Of a stretch of DNA of 64,000 nucleotides, positions 13,111-28,157 are shown piece by piece. Each line of letters begins with the position of its first letter. The stretch's first letter is position 1. This DNA is from Bispira polyomma (Eukaryota): positions 100,502,001 to 100,566,000 of the forward strand of contig OZ287749.1 of the NCBI GenBank assembly GCA_965649765.1. The letters run 5' to 3'. The notes under the pieces are model-generated. The model ran no database searches. It saw only the letters and a program-made list of their open reading frames with translations, and had not been told where the DNA came from. Both the position numbers and the translations under genes were made by a program.

Positions 13111-13205
13111 ATGTTGGGGCCGAATTTCCGAGATGGGCTACCAAACTTAGGATCCTAAGTGTGCTATAGCCCATCTGAAGATTGGCTAAAGTTAGGCCCC
13201 AACAT
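13111..13205. repeat. ~95-bp imperfect palindrome
   Basis: atgttggggcc...agatgggcta...acttaggatcctaagt...tagcccatct...ggccccaacat. Confidence 0.85.
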
Positions 13206-16200
13206 CCTTTAATGTCTTTGTCTCTGGATATAATTTAAATTAAATATATATCTATACTGTATTTGCATGTGACTATAACAAATATATAAATATCAAATTT
13301 TTTTTTAACAAGAATGTCTGTCTAAAAATGTTGTCGTATACTATATTTATTGGGATAATATATTTAAAATAAGTTGATTAAATCTTTTATTTGTTTAAAA
13401 CTGAGGACTGACAGTAAAACCCCTGTACATATGTTTAAAGAATTTTGCCTTAAAAAGATAGGATGTCCCTATGGGTTTTCCTTATCATTTGTATTCACAA
13501 AGCAGGCTTGATTGCAGACTATTGGGTTAATGATAAGGGCCATCATCTGTATGCAGGACGAAACACTATATTGACAAGTAATTGAAAAAGTCGGAGAGAG
13601 AATAGTTTTCTAGTGAAATGAAGTTACAGGGGCTTTCAGGCCAAGTAACCACGAGGATGTCTCGAAAGAATAAATAAATGAATATTCAGACTCCGCACAA
13701 TCAGTATTATAGTATTTAATGGTATACTTGCGGCAAGTACACACCTTTTTACCGAGTACTAATATAATGACGCAGTGTGTTAAGAGTACTCAAACCTACT
13801 AGCAGTATGCGGGAGGGATACAGAGAATAAATCTTACTTAGTGTGAAGCAAGCTCTTCCCAGTTTTATGCAGTATTTTACAAAGATTTATCACTTCCTCT
13901 CCCTCCCTGGGGGTAGTTTGTAGCTTGTGATATAATTCTACGAGGTTACAAACCATAAAATAAAAAAAAAAATTGTACATCTTTTGAATATATAGTTTGT
14001 ATTTCGCATGGCAACGGATTTAATTTTCTCCACAGTGGCACTGAAAAGTTTACATGTCCCATAATTTTCACGTCAAGTTCTAAACACTGAGGAATGATGT
14101 ATTTACTGATAAATTGTTGGCTTTTAAAGGTCTACAGATTACAGAGTGTAAGTAGTCTGCATGAGGCCCCACTATTTTGGATCTATATTTAGATTGAAAT
14201 ACAGTTCTATGTGTGGTAGTCAAAATAAATAAATACGATCCACCCTCAAGGATAAATTTACACTAATAAATATACTGTGATTGATAAACACACAAAAAAA
14301 CCCTATGTAAACATGTAATGTGTGTAATAGTACATTTAAAGGAGAACACCTAAAACTACTGTTAAGGTTGGACTCTAACTTAATCCCAATCCTCTTTCAG
14401 TTTTAGTGAGTCCCTCGCCGAGGCTCCCCAAGTAGATCACATCCTGTCCTATTATTGTCAGGGGAAATGTACAAACCCCAGCTTTTTATGGGCTTGTATC
14501 ATGTGTGATTTTTCTGCCAGCTTATGGGAGTAATGGTGTTTACTACCAGCTCCCAGTAAATTCACGCCTACTTTAGTATATAAGTGTGTAATGTACGTAA
14601 GTAATATATAACAGGTCACTTTGATAAAATACTTTAACCTGTCAAAGTGATAAAGTGTTAACTAAATATGACTTTTTTTTAACCTATGTCTTTTTTGGAC
14701 TCAAAAATCCAATACAACCCATCAATTAAATTTTCTATTTTTTTCTACTTATTGACACTAATATCAATATTACCAAATCAACCCCTAAAATGAAATATTC
14801 ATTTCTATGTCGAATCTACATGTATTCATTTTAGATAGCACTGAAATCCTCCAGTGCAATATTGCACACTTGTGGACAAGGTCAAAGTTGGGGGCAAATA
14901 TTAACCTGGCAGACATTCCGGATGATACTGTACACATTGGCCGTGGCTGGGAGAGGAGGGGGAGGTTTATGGGATATGAGGGGGGGCTAAAGGGGAGGGG
15001 GTGGTAATAAATAGCTCATACCGAGAGGTAGTCTCTACTACATGCTGTATGGGTAGCCCTGCTCATGGCTTACTTTTGTCATATGGCCTCATTATTCAAG
15101 ATATGTACATTTTGAATTCAGCTTTTAATTCTCACGAATAAGGAAAAGCTTCTTCCTTATTTGATGGGGGAAAGACACTACTCATGGCGAGTACTTGTGT
15201 GTGTAATTACATGTACATATTTGAGAATAAGTTCTTATACTTGAATAAGAGGGGATGTGGTGGCTTGGTGGTTATAAGTGTATGATTTACCAAGAGTACA
15301 AATAGTACCTAGTTTTCACAATTTGATCAAAGTAATATAAAAAAAACCCAAATGAATTCAAATTCCAAAATAGAATGAGTTGCCTTGTTTTTGACACATC
15401 TAAGCCTTTTAGAAAGGCTAGTGCCATGATGTGTATTGATAGCAATCAGTCACTTGCCGATAAGAGCAGATCACATTGCAGGATGTCAGGCCCAGCTATT
15501 TAATACACCCTTAGTCTTATCTAGATATTTACACGGAGTCACTGCTGTCATTTCATAAAAAGAAGACACACAAAATGATGAGACTTTTCGTTGTGTTTGT
15601 TTGTGTATATTACTGTGGTGAGTCATGTTTTTTTCTTATTGTACAGATGATAAAAAATTGTGTGTGTTTTTCGGTATGAATAAAACAAGTGCCTGTAACC
15701 TAAGAATGTCTTGTAACAGTTGTCTATACATTATACAAACAGGTAGACATGACATGTTAAACATTTACTACATATTTATGCCTCTCGCGTTCATTTACAC
15801 ACCCTTCTCTTGTGAAAAGTTAAGTAGATTTTATTTCCCTAGAATTGAAATGGGGTTATTTGCCCAGTTTTAAGGACAACGTATATTTGAAGGGCACTAC
15901 GGAGTGAGAAAGAACACCCCCCCCCCCCCCCCCCATATAGCATACACATGTATATTTGAGAGCTGCTGAGAAGATCATTGTGCAAATGACCTTGACCTAT
16001 CTATATTCTAGTAGTTAGAATGAGACACATACACACACTGTTTTCTGTAAGATGAACCAGTGCTTTTAGCGTGGACAATTCATCGACTGGTGTATTAGTA
16101 AAATCAGTTCACTTTTGTCACAACTGACATACAGGCCCATTTAGGGTACTACTCATGCTTTCATAAACAATATATCATTTAAACAAATTATACTTATTAT

Positions 16201-19200
16201 CGGTTGCTTGTTATTTTTTAATATTATGTACATGCCACTTTAATAAATAATTCAATTATATAACGTCTCTTACAATATGTACACTGTATGTTTTGTTGTA
16301 GCAAAAGACACACACCATATTTTGGGATGTGTCCACCAAGTTTTGGCCGAGGACTGGTGGTATACGTCTCTTTTTTTATACATATTGGTTGGCGCCCTCT
16401 GTGTTAATGGTCACATATAGAATGTGTCCCTTTGTGGAGCTCCTCTCGTCAGTCTTACACCACCAACCACGACTTATATAGAATAGTAAACAACTCCACA
16501 CACACAGTACACAAGACATCCCACCCCCTCTCTCTGTGTATGATTTAGATGAGAGCTGGAATTTCAAATATTTGTTGTCAATAATTGAGTCTACTCCCAA
16601 GAAATACTCCCTCCATTGCTTTGACGAATAAGAATAGGTCTATTGAAAAATGAAACACAAAGATATATCATGTCTAGTTGAATATTCCGCATCAATTATT
16701 TTACTTATATTGTTTAGTGTGCATTGAAAAGGGTTGATAAAGTAATATTGAGGTTAAATGTTATTCAAGAATTCTAATTCAGAATGATTTATATGCGTGG
16801 GCAGAATAAGAATTGTAATTTAGAATTTATATGTAGACCTTTACTAGAAACTTTAGAGCGACCTACAAGTTGCATTAAATTTCTAGCGATCGTCTCGGGT
16901 CAAAATTGGAATAGTTTTTCGTGCGAGCAGCACATTCTTTTTACAATTCTTTCCATTGTCGAGAGAGTCACTTGTTGGTCGAGATGAGAACGCTTTGCTG
17001 TATCAATGAAACCAACAGGGTCTAATTAAGTGATCCCAGGACAAATGTTACGGTGATTTGTACGTTGAACGCGGCTGACGTGGGCGATCCTTATTTAACT
17101 ACTGATTCGCTGACCTCCCCTGCTGCGAGCGACCTATTGCGGGATTACAGTTTCATCACAACCTAGAGTTCAAAAGCTTGATCATGAGACATTTACAAGC
17201 GATCCACATCGCTTCAACGTCACAATAAGTTTTGAATTTAATTTGGGTTCAACAACTTTGGTCTTCTTGCGACGGCCAGGATTAGTGGTGGAAAAAACCA
17301 GTGCTGAAGCCACTGTGTAAACCGGGTTCCCGTGTAAACCATCGACCAAGCACCTGGCAAACCTTCTCACATGAAGAAGGAATCTCTGGGAATCGATCCC
17401 CGAGGTAAGAGGCATTTAATGAGATCTTAATTCCAAAAGGGTGTGACCGTGTTACCTAGGCTTTAATTTTATTGTGTCACGTGTTACTACATAAATTTTA
17501 ACTAATGAATGCTTATGAGACAAAAAATCTATTCCAGTTCTGAAGTATCTGTTGAAAAATCACACAATAAAATAAAATTTACTTTATAATGTATTATATA
17601 ACCTGTAAGGGTGACTAGAGAAAATCTAAGTTCTTATTTTCTGAGAGATTACACACAACTGTGATAAATGACCACAAAGTCTTTTCTTTTTTAATGTTAT
17701 TTACAACATTGAATAGTGACTTTCTTCCTTCATGAACAATGTTTTTTTTTATATACATGTATATCACAAGCCAGCAGAAAGAACTGGATGCATGTAGACC
17801 ACATGGGTATCACATATAAAACAACACGAGGGGAAAATCGATGTAATCCATTAATTTTATTAGCCCATTCATCCGTTTCTCGGCAGCCCTTATAGCCTTC
17901 TCAAGACTCTAGTTTTCTGTACATTTTAGAACAAAAAAAAAAAAAAAAATAACAACTGAAGAACATTGTGTATCCCTATAATTATTATGTTCCCTCACAG
18001 AACTGGGATCGTATTAACAAATATTCAAAAATATTTTCGTCTCAGCCAATCAGTTTCTTTGAAGACAAATAGTTTAATAGTAAGAATATTTATCAATACC
18101 CCCGCGCTCTGGCTGGATGCATGGTTTAAAATCTCGGCCCCAGGTATATGTGTGGGAAAATACACTTGCTGAGGCAGACCAAAAACATTGACCAACTACC
18201 ATGTTCTCATTTCTTCTACCAGTACATTTGCCTGTTGCGACAAAAATTCGTTGAAAGGGATGTTAACTTAAACTACAAAGTTAGAGCCTTATACAAGGCT
18301 AGAGGGACACTACCACCCACATTTGCCCTTTACTCAATTTCCTCTTTTGCATGAATAAAAAAAAGAAGAACCTTCTGCACAGGGGTTGTGAACTAGCATA
18401 GCAAATGTCCTCTAATATCGCCCTCTTAGTGGCCGCCCATTAGCCACAATTAACACTGTCGCTAACTTCTTCATCACCATTTTATGTCAATCATAAAAAT
18501 AATTAGCACCAAAATGCACTATAACTTTACCATACATATATAGTGTTTGTTGTGATCAGCTTCTTTTGATTATTTTACCTACCTTGCTATCAAAACAAGG
18601 TTGACAAAAAAAATAAGTTTTTTACCTTTGTGTTTAGCAAACGTCATATCATTGTGTATAATTCTATATTTTTTCTTGATGACTAAAATCTCAATAGTTT
18701 GTGACAGCTTGTTTCATATATGAACCGTTTTATGCATAATTATGATATACATGTTTTTATTGAAGTTTTTGTCTTGTCATGAATATGATCATATTACAAG
18801 AGTTTCACGCGGGCATCAACCAATTATCTCCCAGTCTATTTTATATCAAGACAAGAAACTACATCAGCCGGTAAAAAATGAAAAAAAAAAAAAAAAATTG
18901 CTAGTTTTTATTAAAAGTTTCATGTGAAATCTCATGTAAATTAGAACACTTATAAATGATTTATACTAGGAATAAATTTGCTTTAGTATTATAGATATTT
19001 TTTTACAAGCAAATGTATGTTGTTTATATTAATTTTTTTATCCAGACCTCGAAGAAAAAAAACGAAACAGACTGTTGGCGGGGATTCAGGCCGTACAAAT
19101 TTCTGTGAGCTTTGTGTTACAAACCAATTCCCAAGTGCACACGTGGCCTCTTCTCTCCCCCCCCCCCCTCTCCCCCTCAGTATGGGCGCTGAGGGAAATG

Positions 19201-19604
19201 GGGCTGTCTATTTGTTTATTGGACTATCACAGCTTGAAACGCGGGCTGTTCAATGATGATAAACAATCACAAGACATCAACTACGGGCCAAGCCAAAACA
19301 AAATAATACAGATCTTCAGTTAAGATGACCTAAAACTTGATAATAGGAGACACAAAGGATAACTTAGTTTTTCATGTACACGAATAATACCGTCCTTTTT
19401 GTGTCGTGGTGTTAATTAGGTCAGGGGAGCAAATATTATTTCAGCTTCATATGATTATGCAAATTAGCGCGCCGGAAATATATGCCCCCCCCCCCTCTTT
19501 TGTTATTTTGCCCCGGGGGAAACACAACCCCACGAAGGCGTGTCTGCATGAACCATTCAGCAACGGGATCTCCCCCCATCTCCCCTTGCTTGCATTCTGT
19601 ACTG

Positions 19605-19618
19605 GTTGCCATAGCAAC
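19605..19618. promoter_or_regulatory. Consensus RFX X-box
   Basis: GTTGCCATAGCAAC matches GTTNCCATRGCAAC. Function untested. Confidence 0.55.
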
Positions 19619-21647
19619 TATCATCCCATGCTGTCATGTGTCAACTTTCTTGTTTCCTGAAGCCTGTTACTACTGCTAGTTTTACACATACACATTACAC
19701 ACACACACACACACATGCTGGGAAATATTGTGTCTATACTTTATGGCCAGAAAACTTCACTGGTGGTTATTTTTTGGGGGGAGTTGCCAGTAAAATAGAT
19801 ATTCTACCATTGTGATAAATGGCCACAAATGGGAGGGATATTCTCCTTTGGTGGAATCCTCTTCTTTACCCTATAATATAAAAACTCACACACTCTGAGA
19901 GAGAAAAAAAGAAATCAATCTTTGATAAATTTGGAAGAGGAAGAAGATTCAGTTTTAAAAAAATACTGTGTTTTGGAAAAACAAATAACCTTTTTTCCTC
20001 TCCCAGTAAAAATGTGAGTGAGTGTGGTGAATCCAAGTATTGTTATCTACAACCTCCCCTGGTTTTTTCTGTCCCTTCTGCATATTTTTCTAGCCTGGGT
20101 CAATAAAGAAAGAGATGAAATGGGGAGATAGTAGTCTTTCTTAGGCTGCCTGTGGTTTTGGTAAACCTAAACAAATTATAATGTTTAACAAAGAACATTT
20201 TAAAGCTTAATACAGTGGTTGTATTTACCAACAGTTTATCATAAATAAAAACAGTTCACTAACTTACTTCAGTGGTGAAAATTACAAATATTTGACAAGG
20301 GTACACACACAGTTTCGGGCATTTTCAGACAATAAGACAAAACTTACACTTCTAAATATTTCAATACATTCTTTTATAATCGACAGTCAGCTGTATACAT
20401 ATAAGTCCTTTTTGGTCACTGAGGTGCTATGGATAAGCAGATATAGTAATTTTGTGCAAAATAGTGAAAATGTGAAATGGGCAACTATATTAATGTATAG
20501 CAATGTATTGATATGTAAAAGAAGTGCATATCACTATAATAAAAAAAGTCCTATTACTTGTGTTAGATTTATTTATCTATCATTTCTAAAAGCACTAAAC
20601 AAGCACTCTGGATAACTTTTAGCTTATCAACTTTGGGCTTTAATCAAACTAAATACCCAAATAATAACAACTCATTGTTTTAGCATACATTTTCAGGCTC
20701 TGTTTCAATAATTCTGGTAAGCATAGAAAACTTCTAACACTCAAAATTGTTTTGAAGTGTTTCCAGCTTAGAAGCCAAAACATGGCTAGAAGATGGTGTG
20801 ATCCACTGGCCGAACTGTGCATGATAAAATCTGGATTGTAACAGAGGGAATGGTCCTTACATTCGGCTCACACGTTTACACTCCAATTGTTTTCACACAT
20901 AGTGAATATATAGTTTGTAAGTGTTCTATCGTTTTACACACTAATAAGGGAGAAAACAATAGACCATTTTTTATAGTTTAATTTTGATTGCTGTAAAATA
21001 CATTTTTTAATTACTGGCACTATTTTTTTTACAGTGTAATTGATGCCTGCAATTAATGAGACATTTGATACATATTAATTGTACCCGATTTTACAAAACC
21101 TTTAAGTTGAGAGTTATAGATACATTTTTTTACTACATTTTCTTCATTACCACGAGCTGACATTTTACGAAATGATCTCTGTTTTAGAGTTTCCAGAGAT
21201 GCATTTTTATGTTGAGAGACAGTGTAAACCCTTAGATTAAGTTTAGACTCAGACTCCTGTCACACTTCTGATAAAATGCACCATGTTGCCGAACACTATG
21301 TTTGCAGCTATTATTTCCACAGAATATATAGACAGAATATAATTTTGCCAACACTAGATTGTTGCAGTCCACAATCTCACAGTTCCAACTGATATTTTTC
21401 TGTGTACCATACAAAGAAAAGACGCAGTCGTTTTGGCTTGCCAAGTCAACAAATGGGACTCTTTCCTATAAGAACGCCACTGAATGAAATATTGAAGGAG
21501 GCTAGGGTGATGGAAATAAGCTGCAGGCACCGGACCCCGCCGCGTGTCTGGAATATTTGAAATACTAGCCGCTCCCTTGCAATCAATAATTTAATTTCAC
21601 GCCAAGAAAAGCACCACACAGTTTGCAGAAAGTTGCATTTAACCATA

Positions 21648-21680
<33 letters not shown>

Positions 21681-24600
21681 AAAAAAGCCACACTGGGCCT
21701 ACAAACTATAAAATTAATTATTCATATGTATAGTGGCTTTAAACAACACACCCCAAAATTATTACCTCAGAGTTTAAAAAAATTAGATGCTTTAGGGGGG
21801 AGGGGGGGGGGGGGAGCTATAAGTTAAATATGAAACTTAAGGTTTAACAAATGTAAGAAGGTGTATATTAATTTTGACATCTAATGAGACTGTTTTTCAG
21901 AGTTTTTTTTCTTCAGCAGAAGTTAAAAAGCTAATATTTTACATAACAATTGTAAAGATCTTTCCTCAGGCGACAGCTGTGCAATGTTTAAAGCAAATCA
22001 CTATTGAGTGGTGAAAACAGAACCCTTGATAAAAGCAGGCAGTTGGCTGCAGGTCATACTAGCCTTTCTTGGCTATGCTGAGTGTTATTCATCGTATATT
22101 TATAGTGTTATTTACTACAATATTGTAGTGATATAACATAGAAGTTATAGTACAATATATCGCTTACAAATAGGTTATTTCGAACATAAAATGTTTTGCT
22201 GACAAACAAACCAGGAGTGCAGTATTATATTGCATGCTGTCCTGTACAAATTTTACTACAATATTTGCTGCTTACCCAAAATATCTCTTATTGCTAATAC
22301 AAAACTTACACTAACAAACCGAGTATGAGAAGGGGTGGTTAATTTTTTTGTTACACTATATTGTAGTGCTGTAATCTATTAATTATAGTACCATTTTAAC
22401 GCTTACACAAATGTGTAATTTGACTAATAAAGCAGTATATACAGTATATTGGATACATGGTGCTGCCATGAATTGATATGCAAACAGTAGCAGTCTGTAT
22501 GTTAATTAGCCATGACATGAAATTCTACAACATATTCACAATGTATTGCCCAAATCTTTCCATGTAAAATATAGATCATCAGAGTTGGTGTTCATCAAAA
22601 GATTCTTAGTCTTCATTTATTTTTTGTATCAAGCAATTTGATTGGCTGAAAATATCCTTTATGTGAATCTTTTTAGCTAAAAATAAGAAAATCCTAAGAA
22701 TGCTTGTGAATACGGTAATTCGTGAATACAGCCAAAGAATATTCAATTCTTTGTACATTTGGTAATTTTATTCTATAAAGGTTTTAATAACGACACGAAT
22801 ATTGTGTGGGTGTTTTGGTTTATGCCTATATTATAATATTCATGTTATCCAAAACTATAATTTGATTTGTAAAGGATTCTGTAAAAACTGTTCCAAAGTG
22901 GAAAGTGACACCATGTCTGGAACTAAAATATAATTCTGCATGTATTTAGTTTTGAGCTAAGGTCTATCTTGTTTAGGGAAATGTTATTTATTCAAGATTT
23001 CCTAACTCCCTCTAGTTTTACGTCAAAAGGCCTCTGTATAAAGACCCAAACAAGACCATATCACTTGAACAAAGATAATGCATAAGCTAAATCGTACGCA
23101 GTCTCAAATTTCCTAAGTCTTGTGGTAAATTTTAAGGGTGTCATAACTTCCGGTTTGTTCAGGGTTTTAGACCAATTAAATATGGTCTGTCTCCTTTTCA
23201 CAAGACTGGTTTTTCCTGTTGCTTGCGTCAAGCTGAAATATCTGTACAAACATGTTCATATCTTGTGAGGGGAGATAGCTTACTAATAACAAATGGTGAC
23301 TTTAGTTATTTGTCAATCTAATTGTATGAGGGGGGGGGGGGGGTCTCTCACAGTGTTACATTGTATAAATTAGCAAATAATAATGGTAATAATATTAGTG
23401 GTAACTATTAATTATCACCTCAAGTTCATAACATTGAACCTTGAGCCTCTTTTGATGTCTGTAGTGACCATGTCTTTGTTGGAAAAAGATCTCCCTCTAG
23501 CCTCGCAGAAGGCTTTAATTCACTATAAAAATTGTCCAGTGGGTAGCACACTCAGAAACACTGAGGATCTGGGTTCAATCCCCTACATGGGGCAACTAGG
23601 TTCAGTTAGGAGAATACTAATTACTGGTTGGTTGTGTTGGGGCAATCAAGAAAAGGTTACTCAGCACTTAAAATACCAAATTTAGGTTAAAAAATATATC
23701 GACTATAAATTTGAATGCAGAACAATCATATCTCAGAAGGATGTTGAAATATACACACATAAGGTTACATACAGTGAAGATTTTTGTTTAAAGTCATTTC
23801 AGATATAAGGCTATATAGCAACAATTTATATTTTTATTGGGAAATAATTAAATATCCAATACCAGGCTAGTATCATCCCCCACTCCCCACCATGCTTTGT
23901 AACAGGTCAAAAACGTGGCCACACCACTTCTGATTCAAATCAATGCCACTGAGGAAAAAGTACAACTGACTGCACACACAAGGCATAGCCTTTCTACAGT
24001 TTGTTAGTCTATCACACATTGTCGCATTTTTAAATGTTTGCACATATTTATAACTCTGCAGTTGTATACTCTCTCTTTACTATTCTCACCCATACATATA
24101 TTGGGCATGCATTTCTTTGAAGGAGTAAATTGGCGTTAATACATATGTAGAGCAAGAATTTTGAAAGAAATTGATTTATTGACATTTTACAGAGCAAGAA
24201 TTTTATGGTAAGTACTATCGGATGTTTCCAGTGGCACAAGTTATTAGACAGTTATGGAGCACGATTTTCAATTAAGAGGTTAAATTATCAGGTTTTCTTT
24301 TCAGAAGCACATTTAATTAGATATTATAAGATAAATATCTTTTAGATAATATCTCAGTGTTTTTTATTAGCAGCAAATGCAGTTAGAGCGGATAAACAGG
24401 GCTAAATTCATTTATGCATCTTCCCCAGCCCCCCCCCCCCCCCACCCCCGACCACAGATATCAACTTTTGCGGAGTCCAATGTGCACACCAATCTACCCG
24501 TAACCGCCCCCCCCCCCCCCCCCCCCCCCCACACACACACACTGTAATTATCAGAGAGAAAAAACAGACATTCAACACTGGAGCAAAAACTGCATCACAA

Positions 24601-26734
24601 ACCCCTCCTTTTCTCCCGGTTATTCAAAACTTGTGGAGCAGTTGTGGGTTTGTGTGCCAACGAATTGTTCCCTTTTTTAACCCCATCAGTTGGTTTTAAT
24701 AAAGAGAGCTCACGTTGGTTAAATAAAAAGGACAGATGGCAGAGTATACTAGTACCATAAACCCCCTCCCCCTAACCCCACCATGATCGGCAAATGTCTC
24801 CCCCCCCAAACCCCCACCCCACAACACCCATTCATTAAAAGCTAGCAGTTTTTATGTCAGTTCCTCCTTAAATAATGGGATAGTAATAATTCCACTAAAC
24901 AAATGGTTGCTCCCTAGCACCCCCACCTCCTCCCTAACACACACACACCCTCAGATTGGTAGTAGTGATGATGCACTGTAATTAGCTCCTATGAGCTGGG
25001 AGTCTCTAATAGATTCATGGCCTTAAGACAGACTGTATTAGTCTTGTCTATAGATAGTCTGCCTGGTTGCCCTGTGGCAAGAATATGGAGTAAGAGCCTT
25101 ACAAATGACTTATTACCTAATAAACTAGATTATTATGTGGAGAAATAATGTAGTAAAAAACAAAATGCAGAAGAAATTAATTTTGAGTTATCACTAGCTT
25201 CCATTTAATTTACAGGCTAGATTTTATTGGTTTTTATGTTAAGCATTTTGTGGTAAAAAAAGCTGAAAAAAAATGTTTAAAAAACAAAATCCTTTAATGT
25301 TTTGTGGAGATTTTTGACAGTTGTTTCTTATTCCACTTCAACTTATGCAAACATATTTTACGAGAAAGAAAAGAAAATCTGATCCCATGAAAAGAAAATA
25401 ATCATTGTATTTGTATTGTGTTTTTGTTTTTTTTTTGCTATAGCCACAAACTAACATAGAATCTAGCCAATTCAATAACAAAAACATGCATTGAATTCAT
25501 ATATTTTTAAGTTTTGTTTATCATAATAGTCAACTGATTTGTTATATTGCCAGTCTGGTGATAATACTTTGGCTGCCAAAAGAGATGCAATAATTTGAAC
25601 TGTCTATTTGAGGAATTAGGTGCTTGTAAGTATAGGCCATTGGCTGTTTACTATTACAATAATTGAGAAAATATGGGATGGTTCTTCTGACTACATACAG
25701 TAAGATATACAATCAATATTCAAGTTACTACATCCATTGTCTGTTTAAATAAATAAATTGAAAAAACAAACACCAAAAAACCCCAACTCTTGTCTATTAT
25801 ATTACATCTACGAAAGGGTTTGAAAAGGAAAAACCCAATAAAATAGTAAAAACCTATATCTATATATATACTCTGGCATTACATAGTTGTCAAGCAGGAA
25901 ATCCCAAGAGCGGCAACCAACAACTGAGCTGACAACTTCATAATAGCCTTTTCTTCAAATACCACCACTTGACATTATGACGCCTGTATCATGGGGGAAT
26001 ACTGTGGAGAAATATTACTACTATATTTTCTATTATGTAGCTTCATGTTGTCATATTCTACCCCCTAGCATATGACATTTTCTATACATGAACTCTGGGG
26101 TAATAGCAATTGATAGTCAACATTCTACCTAGTATATTAGGTGACAAAACAAACTCTAAGCCTACCTTTGCATCTAACAGACTGTCGACATCAAATAGCA
26201 TGATCCGCCAGTGTCGGATGTTATCAGTGTTGGATGTTACCAGTGTCGGGTAAAAAAACAAGATTTGTCATTTTTAAAAAGACACATGCGCACAGTGTTA
26301 AATACACTAATGTTGATATGTCCATTATATATACTCAGGCAAATCTGCACCCCTAAGTTTGGACTGGGCGATTGCTTAAAAACAATCTATGAAGGACCTT
26401 ACATATTATTTCTGAGATGTCAGCGCCCCTTTTCAACGGTGGCACCCTTTTTAAAATGAAAACATCATCAGGCTGCGCCTGATAAGTAGCTTTAGAATCT
26501 GATCGGATGCCCGCTATACGGAAATATGGCTTATAGACTTCTTTTTTGATTTCAGAAAAAAACCAGCATTATTTAGTATCATGTCCTCCCCCCCCCACCC
26601 CCCAACCCCCCCTTTATTTAGAAGAGAGTCTTTCTTACTCATTTATCAGTGTCCCCAATGCCCTTTTCTTGGTGCTCAAATAAGAGCTCCATGTAACGAT
26701 AAATAACAGGGATTGTAAGTGAGGTCACTTGGCC

Positions 26735-26976
26735 AGCCTGGCTCTCCTTACAGTGTCCTAATGTATGCCAGACATAAAGACAGAATCCACTTTCAGAATA
26801 TCTACCCGTTTCGTTAGCCTGGCTCTACTTACAGTACCCAATGTATGCCAGACATAAAGACAGAATCCACTTTCAGAATATCTACCCGTTTTGTTAGCCT
26901 GGCTTTCCTTACAGTGTCCTAATGTATGCCAGACATAAAGACAGGATCCACTTTCAGAATATCTACCCGTTTTGTT
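26735..26976. repeat. 80-81-bp tandem repeat x3
   Basis: agcctggct...aatgtatgccagacataaagacag.atccactttcagaatatctacccgttt at 26735, 26816 and 26896. Confidence 0.92.
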
Positions 26977-27444
26977 ATCAAACACACATCCATTTGGCAA
27001 ATCTCCATACGTAGGCCAAACCAGTACAAATCGACAAGGAGGGGCAATAATACAATTTAGATGACAGCAATTTAGATATATCTTACTACAAAGTATTATC
27101 CATAAAGTTTTGTCATCATTTTTCAAGGGTACTGGCAATAGTGTCCTTTGGGTGTAGTATGTGTGTGTGTGTGGGGGGGTGATTGGTGACAGAAGCCTGT
27201 ATCACAATGTGTCATACAGGAGTCAGTCTGGTTATGTAAAATATGTATAAGTAGTTGATTTGTTTAACAAAATCAGTATCCAAATATACATTAAAACATA
27301 AATAGTCTAGAAAATAACAATTCTTAAAATCGGAAGTAGAGATGAATAAGTGAGGAATTTATAAAGTTATTTAAAGTTACTTGAGGATTTTTGATGTCGA
27401 GCATCTTCCGAAGCACCACAACATAAACCCATCAAAATCATAAT

Positions 27445-27655
27445 TATTTTATTCATTTATCATAATGACATGTACAATCATCATATAGGATATTTAAAAA
27501 CAACAGATTTACACATATGATTACACAGCCTAGGGTTCATATGTCAATTAAAATAGACATTAATATACAATTCAGAATTTGTCTCAGACCATAAAAATAA
27601 TGCTTGAATAAAATTATTAACTATATTTACATTGGGGTGATTTAACACACTGACA
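27445..27655. repeat. Dispersed repeat, homologous to 7490-7725
   Basis: Same blocks in the same orientation. Confidence 0.65.
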
Positions 27656-27834
27656 AAGACATCAATAAACTGATGGTGGGTGAACCTAAATTGAGTTTTG
27701 TTAAAATATTTAGAACATATATATTCCAGCACTGAATATTTACAAATACAAAAGGCCAATTGTTTGTCATCAGGAAGTAATGGCATGCATGTTCAAATGT
27801 TGTATCAGGATGTTATCCCTCCCCAACGACCATC

Positions 27835-27905
27835 ATCATGGTGTTACCAGGACTCAAACCGAGGACCTTCTGATCACCAGACCACATCCCCCCCTAAACC
27901 ACTAT
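27835..27905 (-). mobile_element. SINE tRNA-like head fragment
   Basis: Minus strand tagtggtttag...aaggtcctcggtttgagtcctgg (A/B-box-like). Confidence 0.45.
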
Positions 27906-28157
27906 AAAATCTCTATAAATAGCACAGTCATCAAGTTTAGTAAGTATATGTCCATGACTGTCCAGTATGGCCAATTTGATATTTGAAGTGATGTTTGTTA
28001 TGCTGGCACAATTAAAGGAAGTGTCTAACACAGAAATAAAATATAGTAATAATACTCGTTTGGGCATTTTTATTCTCATTGAACATATTAGTATGGTTAA
28101 AACATGAATATTCTACATTCTAAAACAGAGAAGAAAAAGGGCTAATGCCAAACCCAA

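Noticed and set aside
16790-17460. CpG-rich block possibly a MITE
   Set aside because: I could not pair terminal inverted repeats convincingly; left unassigned.
18416-18436. CTCF-like motif atcgccctcttagtggcc
   Set aside because: One extra base in the core relative to the consensus.
23535-23590. tRNA-like A/B boxes
   Set aside because: No cloverleaf; at most a decayed SINE head.
26758-27138. 126-aa ORF with repeated peptide
   Set aside because: Produced by the 80/81-bp tandem repeat; the frame is not preserved between units.
681-27986. Numerous 60-125 aa ORFs in the left half
   Set aside because: No recognisable domains; many derive from microsatellites, homopolymers or repeats.
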